A stretch of DNA of 32,000 bases from Schaalia meyeri (GTDB taxonomy: Bacteria; Actinomycetota; Actinomycetes; Actinomycetales; Actinomycetaceae): contig NZ_FNLK01000012.1 in the NCBI RefSeq assembly GCF_900105015.1, forward strand, positions 30,001-62,000, written 5' to 3'. The notes beneath the pieces are model-generated. The model saw only the letters and a program-made list of their open reading frames with translations, was not told the DNA's origin and ran no database searches. How positions within the stretch are numbered: position 1 is the stretch's first letter; the number at the start of each line of letters is the position of its first letter. The position numbers were made by a program, and so were the translations under genes. Shown one piece after another: positions 1 through 9,255 of the stretch.

Positions 1-2
1 GT

Positions 3-625
3 AAGCTCTTCTACTTCGTCCGAGAAAAACCTATCGGCTCGCCCGGACAGGTGTGGGGGCGAGACACTGGGCACAGCTGGGAAGCCAAGAGGGAAGAAAG
101 AACTCTTGAGTGCCTCAGCGAGGCAATCAACCGACTCTGCACGTATGCCGAGCACGAGGATCAAAACATCCTACTCTTTCAGGATATGTGGTCAACGAAA
201 ATGAACGCTACCAGCAAGTTCGACGCAGCTACGCCCACATCTACAGTCGTATCAGAGCACACCAGGAGATGCGTCGTATCCTCGAAGCCCCTGCATATAT
301 CGACTCAGAACTCTCCACGAACATCCAGTGCGCTGATTGGATCGCGGCCCTCATAGGCCGCGCATGCGATTACCAGCTGATTCGTAACAGCTCCTACAAA
401 TGGGTGGCGGAGATCTTTTTCAGTTATCTTCGCGGCGATTTCACATACGAATCAACACTCCACTTTCATATGCGCAGTATCGATAACATCCACAACAGCA
501 AGATTCTCGATAGAGCTAGGCCCCTTTTCGACACACTCACTGGCATGTCTCCCGAGAATCTGCAGCGCCTCCAACTGGTGCACGCTCGCGCGAGTGCTCC
601 CAGCCAGATTAGACCGTCATCCTGA
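3..625 (+). pseudogene. DUF3800-like protein, 5' end outside the window, apparent frameshift near 183-190
   Basis: Frame 3 is open from the window edge (KLFYFVREKPIG...LECLSEAINRLCTYAEHEDQNILLFQD). Protein-like sequence then continues in frame 2 (YVVNENERYQQVRRSYAHIYSRI...YIDSELSTNIQCADWIAALIGRA...) to the TGA at 623-625. The DS...QxADxxA pattern resembles the DUF3800 C-terminal motif as I remember it. Restoring one T in caggatatgtgg (gat-tat-gtg-gtc) would join the two frames. GC is about 43-50% in 60-nt spot counts against about 70% nearby. Confidence 0.4.
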
Positions 626-792
626 GCAACAGATGACATTTCCCGGCACACAGAGGCTCTCGCCAGGAGCTGGCGATCGCCCGTCAGGCCCTCACTTTCG
701 CCTGATTGTTCCAGTGCCCGGGCCCGGGGTTCCCGCGTGGAGCCCCGGCCCGGCGCGTATCCTGGGTGGGTAGCAGAGGCAAGGAGGTTCTC

Positions 793-1548
793 ATGCCCGG
801 CAACGTATCCACGCTGGCCGATTGGATAGCGACCTCCCCGTCCACCGTGTTTTTCGGCGGCGCGGGGGTGTCAACCGAGTCGGGCATCCCGGACTTTCGG
901 GGCGCGAACGGCTTTTACTTTCAGGAGCGCGAGATTCCGCTCGAGCAGGTCCTGAGCATCGACTTCTTCGCCCGCCACCCCGAGGCGTACTGGCAGTGGT
1001 TTAACGAGGTGCACCGGCCGGTGGAGCCCAATGGCGCGCACGCTGCGCTGGCCTCGCTCGAGGCAGCCGGGTGCGTGGACGCGGTCGTCACCCAGAACAT
1101 CGACGGCCTGCACCAAAAGGCGGGGTCGCACGCCGTGTGGGAGTTGCACGGCAACTGGGAGCGCCTCGTGTGCACCGGGTGCGGGGATGTCCTGCCGCTG
1201 GGCGAGGCGGTCCGCACCGACACTGATCCCGTGCCCGCCTGCCCCTCGTGCGGCGCACAGATGCGCCCGGACATCGTCATGTACGGAGAGGCCCTGGACC
1301 CGGGCGTCATCGAGGGCGCTGTCGCCGCCATTTCGCGGGCGTCGCTGCTGATCGTGGCGGGCACGTCGCTCGTGGTCTACCCGGCCGCCGGCCTCATCAA
1401 CTACTTCTCCGGCGACCACCTGGTGCTCATGAACGCCACCCCCACTTCCGCCGACGCACACGCCGACCTGATCATCCGAGACCCGGTTGCCCGCATCTTC
1501 GACCGCGTGATGGAGGCCCTGCGCGCAGATGGCGTGGTCTCCACGTAA
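793..1548 (+). CDS. cobB: NAD-dependent protein deacylase, Sir2 family (canonical sirtuin)
   Basis: AAGGAGG RBS at 781-787, 5 nt before the ATG at 793. Motifs seen: GAGVSTESGIPDFRG, TQNIDGLH, ELHG, a Zn ribbon CTGC...CPSC, RPDIVMYGE, GTSLVVYPAA. The 251-aa length is typical of CobB. Confidence 0.93.
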   Translation: MPGNVSTLADWIATSPSTVFFGGAGVSTESGIPDFRGANGFYFQEREIPLEQVLSIDFFARHPEAYWQWFNEVHRPVEPNGAHAALASLEAAGCVDAVVTQNIDGLHQKAGSHAVWELHGNWERLVCTGCGDVLPLGEAVRTDTDPVPACPSCGAQMRPDIVMYGEALDPGVIEGAVAAISRASLLIVAGTSLVVYPAAGLINYFSGDHLVLMNATPTSADAHADLIIRDPVARIFDRVMEALRADGVVST

Positions 1549-1943
1549 GGTCCTGTCGCACGGCCTCGCCGGCGCACGCGCGGATAGCTTAGTTGCCCAT
1601 CCGCATGCTCGCAGTCTATCCGCAAGCAGGTAGGGCACTGCGTCATCGCCCGCTTGCGCGCGCCACCGCGAGCATTCCAGCCTTCACCGCTTCCATCCGC
1701 GCCCTCTCCTCGGGGCTTAATCTGGCTCTTCCTCTCCCAGGTCCCTGCCGTCGCATTCGGCGGGATCAGGTGGGCGAAGAGCCTCCGTTTCTTCTCAGTA
1801 AAGCACTGCGATATTACTCGCACCTGATCACTCGAGATTACGAAGCCAGCGTAGCCGAAAGCCGACGATCCATTGTAGTTCTTATGTGTCTTACTGACAA
1901 ACGCTCCCGCCTCGGCAACTTCGTCAAGATAAGCAACCAGCAT
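1401..1943 (-). pseudogene. Probable remnant: N-terminal DUF3800-like fragment reading through into non-coding and antisense sequence
   Basis: ATG at 1943 is preceded by GAAGGGGG. The first ~65 codons (MLVAYLDEVAEAGAFVSKTHKNYNGSSAFGYAGFVISSDQVRVISQCFTEKKRRLF) resemble the DUF3800 N-terminus (yiDEsG...F.lggv). They lie in a ~50% GC patch (about 1750-2120). The rest of the ORF is Arg/Gly-rich, high GC, and overlaps the 3' end of cobB by 148 nt, so it is unlikely to be genuine coding. Confidence 0.3.
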
Positions 1944-1971
1944 CTGACCCCCTTCGGCTAGATAGACGGAA

Positions 1972-1994
1972 ACCCACGCCGCAAGGGCGTGGGT
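1972..1994 (-). terminator. Candidate terminator hairpin downstream of the SPFH/NADK-like operon
   Basis: Perfect 9-bp stem acccacgcc / ggcgtgggt with a 5-nt loop. On the minus strand it is followed by UUCCGUCUAUCU. It lies about 130 nt after the stop at 2126. Confidence 0.35.
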
Positions 1995-2125
1995 CTTCGA
2001 TGTGGCACTCTGAGCAATCGCCCCGTTACCAACCCCAATGGTACACAGACAGACGAGCTGTGTCCCTCGCGGGCCGCTGGAGCCCCTCGCATTACGAGCA
2101 AAATCTGACTGGAAAGGGATCACCC

Positions 2126-3025
2126 CTACCCCAGGCCCGCCGGATCGACGAGCGCCAGGGCGCGCGGCGCGCGGCAGACCCGCACCGCCTGCCCCCAGGT
2201 GAGGACGAGCCGGTCCGCCTCCATGCCGTCACCAAAGAGCACCAGGGATTCGGAGGCAACAGTGAGGCTCAGCTCCTCCCCCTCCCCCAAGATCCCCTCC
2301 GTGCACTCGATGCCCGTGTGGGGCGAAGGCCAGGCTTCGCGCACGAACCACGCCAGCGACCGGGAGGTCGGTCCTGGCAATTCCCCCATGTTGCGGCCGC
2401 GCCTGAGGGAGGCACCCCAGCCGGTTGCCCCGGTCCCCGTGCTAACGACGAGCCCGGAGGAGGACTGGCGCTCCACGCGAGAGCCGAGGGCCAGCTCGTA
2501 TCGGGCGCTCTGGTGGCTTCGGTGCCCGATGAAGACCTCGTTGAGGGCGGTCAGCGACCGCGAATCATCGACCGTCGCACTCACCGTCGTCAGACGGTCG
2601 ACGCTCAGCCGCCCCTCCTCGTCGAGGCGGCGACAGGCAGCCACCCCCTGATCGGGCGTACAGCGCACGAGCACGCCGGCGTTCGATTCGGGCACGGAAT
2701 TGACCCCGACCACGACCTGGCCGCTGAGGTACTTGGCGACGTTGGCAACCAACCCATCCGGTCCGACAACAACGATGACATCCTCGGGCGCGAAGAGGAA
2801 GCGGCTCAGGGAGTCGCGTTCCACGTCGGCGCTGGCCCACCCCTGCGGGATCCCCGCCCGCACGCGGGCCAGGGCGCTCGCGTGCGACTCATGAGCACGC
2901 GAAACGGATTCGAGGGTGCGCCCGCGCGAGCGCAGGATGAACTCGACCTGGCCGCGCGTGGAGTAGCGGTCCATGAGCTCGTCGTACTCGGTGGGGCGGT
3001 GAACGATGACCGCTCGGGGGCGCAT
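2126..3025 (-). CDS. NAD-kinase-fold (NADK/DAGK-like) protein, divergent paralog
   Basis: Motifs: VIVVVGPDGLVANV (GGDG position reads GPDG), ALNEVFIG (NE motif), SSGLVVSTGTGATGW (Gly-rich motif). The first ~60 aa of the N-terminus contain none of these NADK motifs. The ATG at 3025 is 1 nt from the SPFH stop, with a GGGGGGAG RBS inside the SPFH 3' end. Confidence 0.8.
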   Translation of the reverse strand: MRPRAVIVHRPTEYDELMDRYSTRGQVEFILRSRGRTLESVSRAHESHASALARVRAGIPQGWASADVERDSLSRFLFAPEDVIVVVGPDGLVANVAKYLSGQVVVGVNSVPESNAGVLVRCTPDQGVAACRRLDEEGRLSVDRLTTVSATVDDSRSLTALNEVFIGHRSHQSARYELALGSRVERQSSSGLVVSTGTGATGWGASLRRGRNMGELPGPTSRSLAWFVREAWPSPHTGIECTEGILGEGEELSLTVASESLVLFGDGMEADRLVLTWGQAVRVCRAPRALALVDPAGLG

Positions 3026-3026
3026 G

Positions 3027-4037
3027 CTACTCCCCCCGCTTGGCGGCGCCGGTGAAGGCGGAGAGGACGTCGGTGAGCATGTCGGGGGTGATGGTCAACG
3101 ACCCGATGGAGGGCATGTTGTGGGCCATTTCCTTCAGGGCGAATGCGCGCACCACGTCGGGTCCGGCTTCGGCCAGGGCGCGGACGTAGGCCGCTTCGTT
3201 GGCGATCTTCGCACCGCCGACGCGCTTCCAGTCGTCCTCGTTGGCCTTGGCCAGGGTCTCGATACGCCGCGCCTCCGCTTCGACGGAGATGGCGTCTGCG
3301 GCCGCCTTTTCCTCGGCCTCACGCCGACTGTTATGCCCCTCCTGGTCGACCAGGTCGGCGCGCTTGCGCGCCAGGTCGAGCTTGGATTGCAGCTCATTTT
3401 CCGAAATCTGGGACTCACGCTCGACCGCGAGGGCCCGGCGCTCGTACAGGGCGCGGTCGGCCTCGGCCTGGAGTTGTTCGAGGAGCGGGGCACGCAGGGA
3501 GGATTCGACGCCTTCGTCGGGGCGCAGGGACATCAGGCGCGCGTCGACGACGGCGACGCCGGTGGCGCGCAGCTGATCGTCGCGCTCAAAAGCGAGGGCG
3601 AGGGCGGCGCCGACCTTGTTGAGCGAGCCGGAGATGGCCTCGGACAAAGGCATCGTCCCGATTGCTAAGGCCAGAGCGGAGCAGGCGAGCCGGGTGACCA
3701 GTTCGTCGATCTGCCACAGGCCCTGTGCATCGGTGGAGGCATCGCGCGGATAGAGCCCGAAGTCGTAGTGCCTGGCGGCGGCTTCGGGGTCCTCGATCCG
3801 GTAGGTGATGGACACCTGCGCGTTAACGTTCTGCTGGTCGCCGGAGGGGGTCTGGACGAGGAAGCTGTGGGCGCGGTCCGCGGTGGGGACCTCCGCGAGC
3901 GCGCACCTTCCAGCACGCAGCCAAAAGGACTGCCCGACGCCGGATCGGACGGTACGCCCGGCGCGGATCTGGACGACGTGGTCACCGGCGCCGCCCTGGT
4001 AGCGGATGACGAAGGGGTGGTGATGGAGGGTTCCCAT
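3027..4037 (-). CDS. SPFH/band-7 domain protein with long coiled-coil tail and no N-terminal anchor
   Basis: AAGGAG RBS before the ATG at 4037 (MGTLHHHPFVIRYQ...). An SPFH-like core (VNAQVSITYRIEDPEAAARHY...) is followed by a Glu/Ala/Arg-rich heptad-like region (LLEQLQAEADRALYERRALAVERESQISENELQSKLDLARKRADL...EAEEKAAADAISVEAEARRIETLAKA). No hydrophobic N-terminal segment is visible. Confidence 0.85.
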   Translation of the reverse strand: MGTLHHHPFVIRYQGGAGDHVVQIRAGRTVRSGVGQSFWLRAGRCALAEVPTADRAHSFLVQTPSGDQQNVNAQVSITYRIEDPEAAARHYDFGLYPRDASTDAQGLWQIDELVTRLACSALALAIGTMPLSEAISGSLNKVGAALALAFERDDQLRATGVAVVDARLMSLRPDEGVESSLRAPLLEQLQAEADRALYERRALAVERESQISENELQSKLDLARKRADLVDQEGHNSRREAEEKAAADAISVEAEARRIETLAKANEDDWKRVGGAKIANEAAYVRALAEAGPDVVRAFALKEMAHNMPSIGSLTITPDMLTDVLSAFTGAAKRGE

Positions 4038-4070
4038 GATGATCTCCTTGCTCGGGTGGCATCCCACTTG

Positions 4071-4091
4071 TTTATGTCACATCGACGATAA
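4071..4091. promoter_or_regulatory. Candidate NrtR operator 1 (TTTATGTCACATCGACGATAA)
   Basis: 21-mer with a GT-N7-AC / GTC-N5-GAC core in the divergent SPFH/nrtR intergenic region. It shares 15 of 19 positions with the second box (ATGTCACATCGACGATAAT against ATGTCAAAACGACGTAAAT). Confidence 0.4.
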
Positions 4092-4103
4092 TGCGTCATG
4101 TAT

Positions 4104-4124
4104 TTAATGTCAAAACGACGTAAA
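4104..4124. promoter_or_regulatory. Candidate NrtR operator 2 (TTAATGTCAAAACGACGTAAA)
   Basis: Imperfect 21-bp palindrome: the half sites TTAATGTC and TTTACGTC match at 6 of 8 positions, with a GT-N7-AC core. Its centre is 33 bp from box 1 and it ends 18 nt before the nrtR ATG. Confidence 0.45.
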
Positions 4125-4141
4125 TAGGGTAGGGTGACTCC

Positions 4142-4897
4142 ATGACCTCTCCGCTCACGTTCCCGATCACGGTCGATATCGTCGCCCTGACCGTGATTGA
4201 CCACGCGCTGCACTGTCTCGTCGTGAGGCGAGGCATCGACCCCTACCGAGGACGCCTCGCCCTGCCGGGCGGCTTCGTGCGCGAGGATGAGCAAACCCAC
4301 CAGGCGGCCGCTCGCGAGCTCACGGAGGAAACCGGCATCGCTCCCCCCGGACACCTCGAACAGCTGCGCTCCTACGGCCCCCTGGGCCGAGACCCCCGGG
4401 GTCCCATCCTCTCGGTCGCCTACCTGCTCCTCGCCCCTTCCTTTTCCCCCGCGCGCGCGGGAGGTGACGCCTCCGGCGCGCTCTGGCACCCCGTCGACGC
4501 GCTCCTGACACCCTCCTCGCCCCTCGCCTTTGACCACGCGGCCATCCTCGCCGACGGCGTCGAACGGGCGCGCTCCAAGATCGAATACTCCCCGCTGGCC
4601 ACGTCGTTTTGCGGTCCCGAATTCACAATCACACAGCTTCGCACCACCTACGAAGCGATCTGGGGTTCCCCCCTGGACCCGCGTAACTTCCACCGCAAGG
4701 CAACCAAGACCGCGTCCTTTATCGAAGCGACCGGGGAAACGATCCGCGAGGGGGCCGGGCGCCCAGCTGCCCTGTACCGCCTGGCCCCCGGCGTCGATGA
4801 AACAGCCTTCGTCTTGGATCCACCCCTGCGCCGACCGGCCAGCCCAGCCCCGGCCTCGCAGGAAAAGGGCGCTCCCCCACCGAGTGCGCAACAATAG
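4142..4897 (+). CDS. nrtR: NrtR-family Nudix-related transcriptional regulator (Nudix domain plus C-terminal winged helix)
   Basis: Complete Nudix box GFVREDEQTHQAAARELTEETGI. The C-terminal segment FTITQLRTTYEAIWGSPLDPRNFHRK is typical of the NrtR wHTH domain. It sits immediately upstream of nadE. Confidence 0.85.
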   Translation: MTSPLTFPITVDIVALTVIDHALHCLVVRRGIDPYRGRLALPGGFVREDEQTHQAAARELTEETGIAPPGHLEQLRSYGPLGRDPRGPILSVAYLLLAPSFSPARAGGDASGALWHPVDALLTPSSPLAFDHAAILADGVERARSKIEYSPLATSFCGPEFTITQLRTTYEAIWGSPLDPRNFHRKATKTASFIEATGETIREGAGRPAALYRLAPGVDETAFVLDPPLRRPASPAPASQEKGAPPPSAQQ

Positions 4898-4918
4898 GGC
4901 CACAACCGAAGGAGAACC

Positions 4919-7024
<2,106 letters not shown>

Positions 7025-7115
7025 CCCGTCCCGGACGGCATCGAGGGGCAACTGGGTAAGACTGTTCACATATGCTGACGCGCCAGAAAACTACCGCTAG
7101 GGTTATTTCCTGTAG

Positions 7116-7134
7116 TTAGGTAAACCTACCTTTC
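7116..7134. promoter_or_regulatory. DtxR/IdeR-like iron box candidate
   Basis: TTAGGTAAACCTACCTTTC matches the 19-bp consensus TTAGGTTAGCCTAACCTAA at 13 of 19 positions. The core is an inverted repeat TAGGT-AA-ACCTA. It lies about 50 nt upstream of the siderophore-type SBP start. Confidence 0.4.
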
Positions 7135-7182
7135 TATCTGCCAACTTCAATGCAGTTTTCCACAGTTCTTACGGAGAAATTG

Positions 7183-8175
7183 ATGTCTCGTACGACCACT
7201 TCCCTGGCCACCATTGCCACCATCGCCGCCCTCGGCCTCGCCGCCTGCTCCTCCGACACTCAGCCTTCTGCCGCCGCGTCAACCGAGCCCACCCAGGCCT
7301 CGTCGGTGTCGATCGAATCAAACGACGGTAACGTGGAGGTCAAACTGCCCGTCACCCGCGCGGCATCGCTGGACAACCGCACCTTCGAGGTCCTCCAGCA
7401 GTGGGGGGTGCCGCTCGTCGCGGCGCCCAAGAAGCTGATCCCCAGCACGATCACCGCCTTTAACGGCGAGGATGTGGCCGACGTGGGCTTACACCGCGAC
7501 CCCAACCTGGAGGCCCTGGTCGCCGCCGAACCCGATCTGATCATCTCGGGCCAGCGCTTCACCAAATACGATTCGCAGATCAAGGAGCTCGCTCCCGACG
7601 TTCCGATGATCAACCTGGAGCCCCGCAAAGATCGCCCCTTCAACGAAGAACTCATCCGCCAGGTCACCGACCTGGGTAAGGTCTTTAACAAACAGACTGA
7701 GGCCCAGAAGCTGGTTGACGACTTCAACGCGTCGATTGAGCGCGCTAAGAAGGCCTACGACGGCTCGTCGACCGTCATGGCGGTCGACGTTTCCGGCGGG
7801 AACATCGGCTACGTCGCCCCCTCGAAGGGACGCACGTGGGGGCCCATCTTCGACATCCTGGGCCTGAAGCCCGCGCTTGAGGTTGAGGGCGCGACCGACT
7901 CACACACCGGCGACGACATCTCGGTCGAGGCCATCGCCGAGGCCAACCCCGCCTGGATCTTCGTCCTGGACCGCGACGCAGCCATCACCAAGGACGGGTC
8001 GAACACCCCCGCCGAGACCGTCATCTCGGGCAACGCCGTGCTGAGCAATGTCACCGCCCTACAGAAGAACCAGGTCGTGTACGCGCCGAACGACACCTAC
8101 ACCAACGAGTCGATCATCACCTACACGGAGATCTTCAACTCGATCGCAGATTCCTTCGAAAACGCGAAGAAGTGA
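7183..8175 (+). CDS. Iron-siderophore type ABC transporter substrate-binding lipoprotein
   Basis: GGAGA RBS. Signal peptide with a lipobox (IAALGLAACSSD). Class III periplasmic-binding-protein pattern similar to YclQ/FatB/CeuE. It is followed by FecCD permeases. Confidence 0.88.
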   Translation: MSRTTTSLATIATIAALGLAACSSDTQPSAAASTEPTQASSVSIESNDGNVEVKLPVTRAASLDNRTFEVLQQWGVPLVAAPKKLIPSTITAFNGEDVADVGLHRDPNLEALVAAEPDLIISGQRFTKYDSQIKELAPDVPMINLEPRKDRPFNEELIRQVTDLGKVFNKQTEAQKLVDDFNASIERAKKAYDGSSTVMAVDVSGGNIGYVAPSKGRTWGPIFDILGLKPALEVEGATDSHTGDDISVEAIAEANPAWIFVLDRDAAITKDGSNTPAETVISGNAVLSNVTALQKNQVVYAPNDTYTNESIITYTEIFNSIADSFENAKK

Positions 8176-8235
8176 CCCGCTAACACGTCAGTGTGGGTGC
8201 CGCCTCAAGGGGGCGGCACCCACACCCCAGCTCCT

Positions 8236-9255
8236 ATGACGCATTCCTCCCCCACCCCCGCACCCGGCGCCCTCAAGCGAGAGCCGACCACAGCTTCGTT
8301 CCAACGGCGCCCCCTCGCACTCGCGGCCGCGGCGCTCGCGGTCCTCGCCCTGCTCCTGCTGTCGCTTGCCACCGGCGAATACTCCATTCTCTCAGGGGAT
8401 GACGGATCCCGGATATTTCTCGCCGTGCGCGTCCCCCGCACAATCGCTCTCGTCCTCTCGGGGGCCGCCATGTCGATGAGCGGCCTTGTGATGCAGTTGG
8501 TGACCCAGAACCGCTTCGCTGAGCCTTCCACGACGGGCACAACCGAATGGGCCGGCCTCGGCCTCCTCGCGATCATGATCGCCTGGCCGGGAGCACCGAT
8601 CCTGGTGCGCATGACATGGGCGATCGCCTTCGCCTTCGTCGGCACCATGATCTTCTTCGCCCTCCTTCGCCGCATCTCCCTGCGCTCCTCCCTGCTCGTC
8701 CCCATCATGGGCACGATGCTGGGCGCCGTGGTCTCCGCGATCTCAACGTTCCTGGCGCTGGAGACCAACACGCTGCAAAGCGTCTCCGTGTGGTTCCAGG
8801 GATCCTTCACTTCCGTCTACGAAGGCCAGTACGAGGTCCTGTGGGTCGTCGCCGCAGTCGTCGCTATCGTCCTCGTGATGGCGGACCGACTCACCGCCGT
8901 CTCCCTGGGCGAGGACATCGCCGTGTCGCTGGGTGTCAACTACCACCGCATGGTGATGATCGCGACGGGGCTCGTGGCCATCGCGACTGGAGTCGTATCG
9001 GTTGTCGTCGGCTCGCTGCCATTCCTGGGGCTCATCGTTCCCAACCTCGTCTCCATGTCCATGGGCGACAACCTGCGTACGAACCTCCCATGGGTGTGCC
9101 TCGCCGGCGTCGCCCTGGTGACGGTCACTGACCTGCTCGCGCGCACCATCATCTCCCCCTTCGAGATGCCCGTGTCCGTGATCCTGGGGATTCTGGGCGC
9201 CTTCGTCTTTATCGGCCTCGTCCTGCGCCAAGCGCGAAAGGGGGCCACCCTGTGA
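8236..9255 (+). CDS. Iron-chelate ABC transporter permease (FecCD family)
   Basis: Multi-pass hydrophobic protein with FecCD-type segments (RTIALVLSGAAMSMSGLVMQ, GEDIAVSLGVNY, LPFLGLIVPNL). The start is uncertain (ATG 8236 chosen; the ORF is open from 8191). Confidence 0.85.
   Translation: MTHSSPTPAPGALKREPTTASFQRRPLALAAAALAVLALLLLSLATGEYSILSGDDGSRIFLAVRVPRTIALVLSGAAMSMSGLVMQLVTQNRFAEPSTTGTTEWAGLGLLAIMIAWPGAPILVRMTWAIAFAFVGTMIFFALLRRISLRSSLLVPIMGTMLGAVVSAISTFLALETNTLQSVSVWFQGSFTSVYEGQYEVLWVVAAVVAIVLVMADRLTAVSLGEDIAVSLGVNYHRMVMIATGLVAIATGVVSVVVGSLPFLGLIVPNLVSMSMGDNLRTNLPWVCLAGVALVTVTDLLARTIISPFEMPVSVILGILGAFVFIGLVLRQARKGATL

Noticed and set aside
716-754. GC-rich imperfect hairpin (gcccgggcccgggg ... 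ccccggcccggc) upstream of cobB
   Set aside because: The stem needs two bulges and has no U tract. Sequences of this type arise frequently by chance in GC-rich intergenic DNA. I cannot distinguish a terminator from noise.
793-1548. The Sir2-family gene as a defence-type SIR2 NADase effector (Thoeris, DSR or SIR2-HerA-like)
   Set aside because: The protein is short (251 aa). It has the complete canonical deacylase motif set, including the CxxC...CxxC zinc ribbon, and host-like GC. It has no partner sensor, helicase or TIR gene. It therefore fits housekeeping CobB rather than an immune effector.
1-1943. The idea that the two DUF3800-like pieces are halves of one gene split by insertion of cobB
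   Set aside because: The pieces are on opposite strands, so a simple insertion cannot explain them. The left piece continues beyond the window, so it is not demonstrably missing its N-terminus. I kept this only as a note on local rearrangement.
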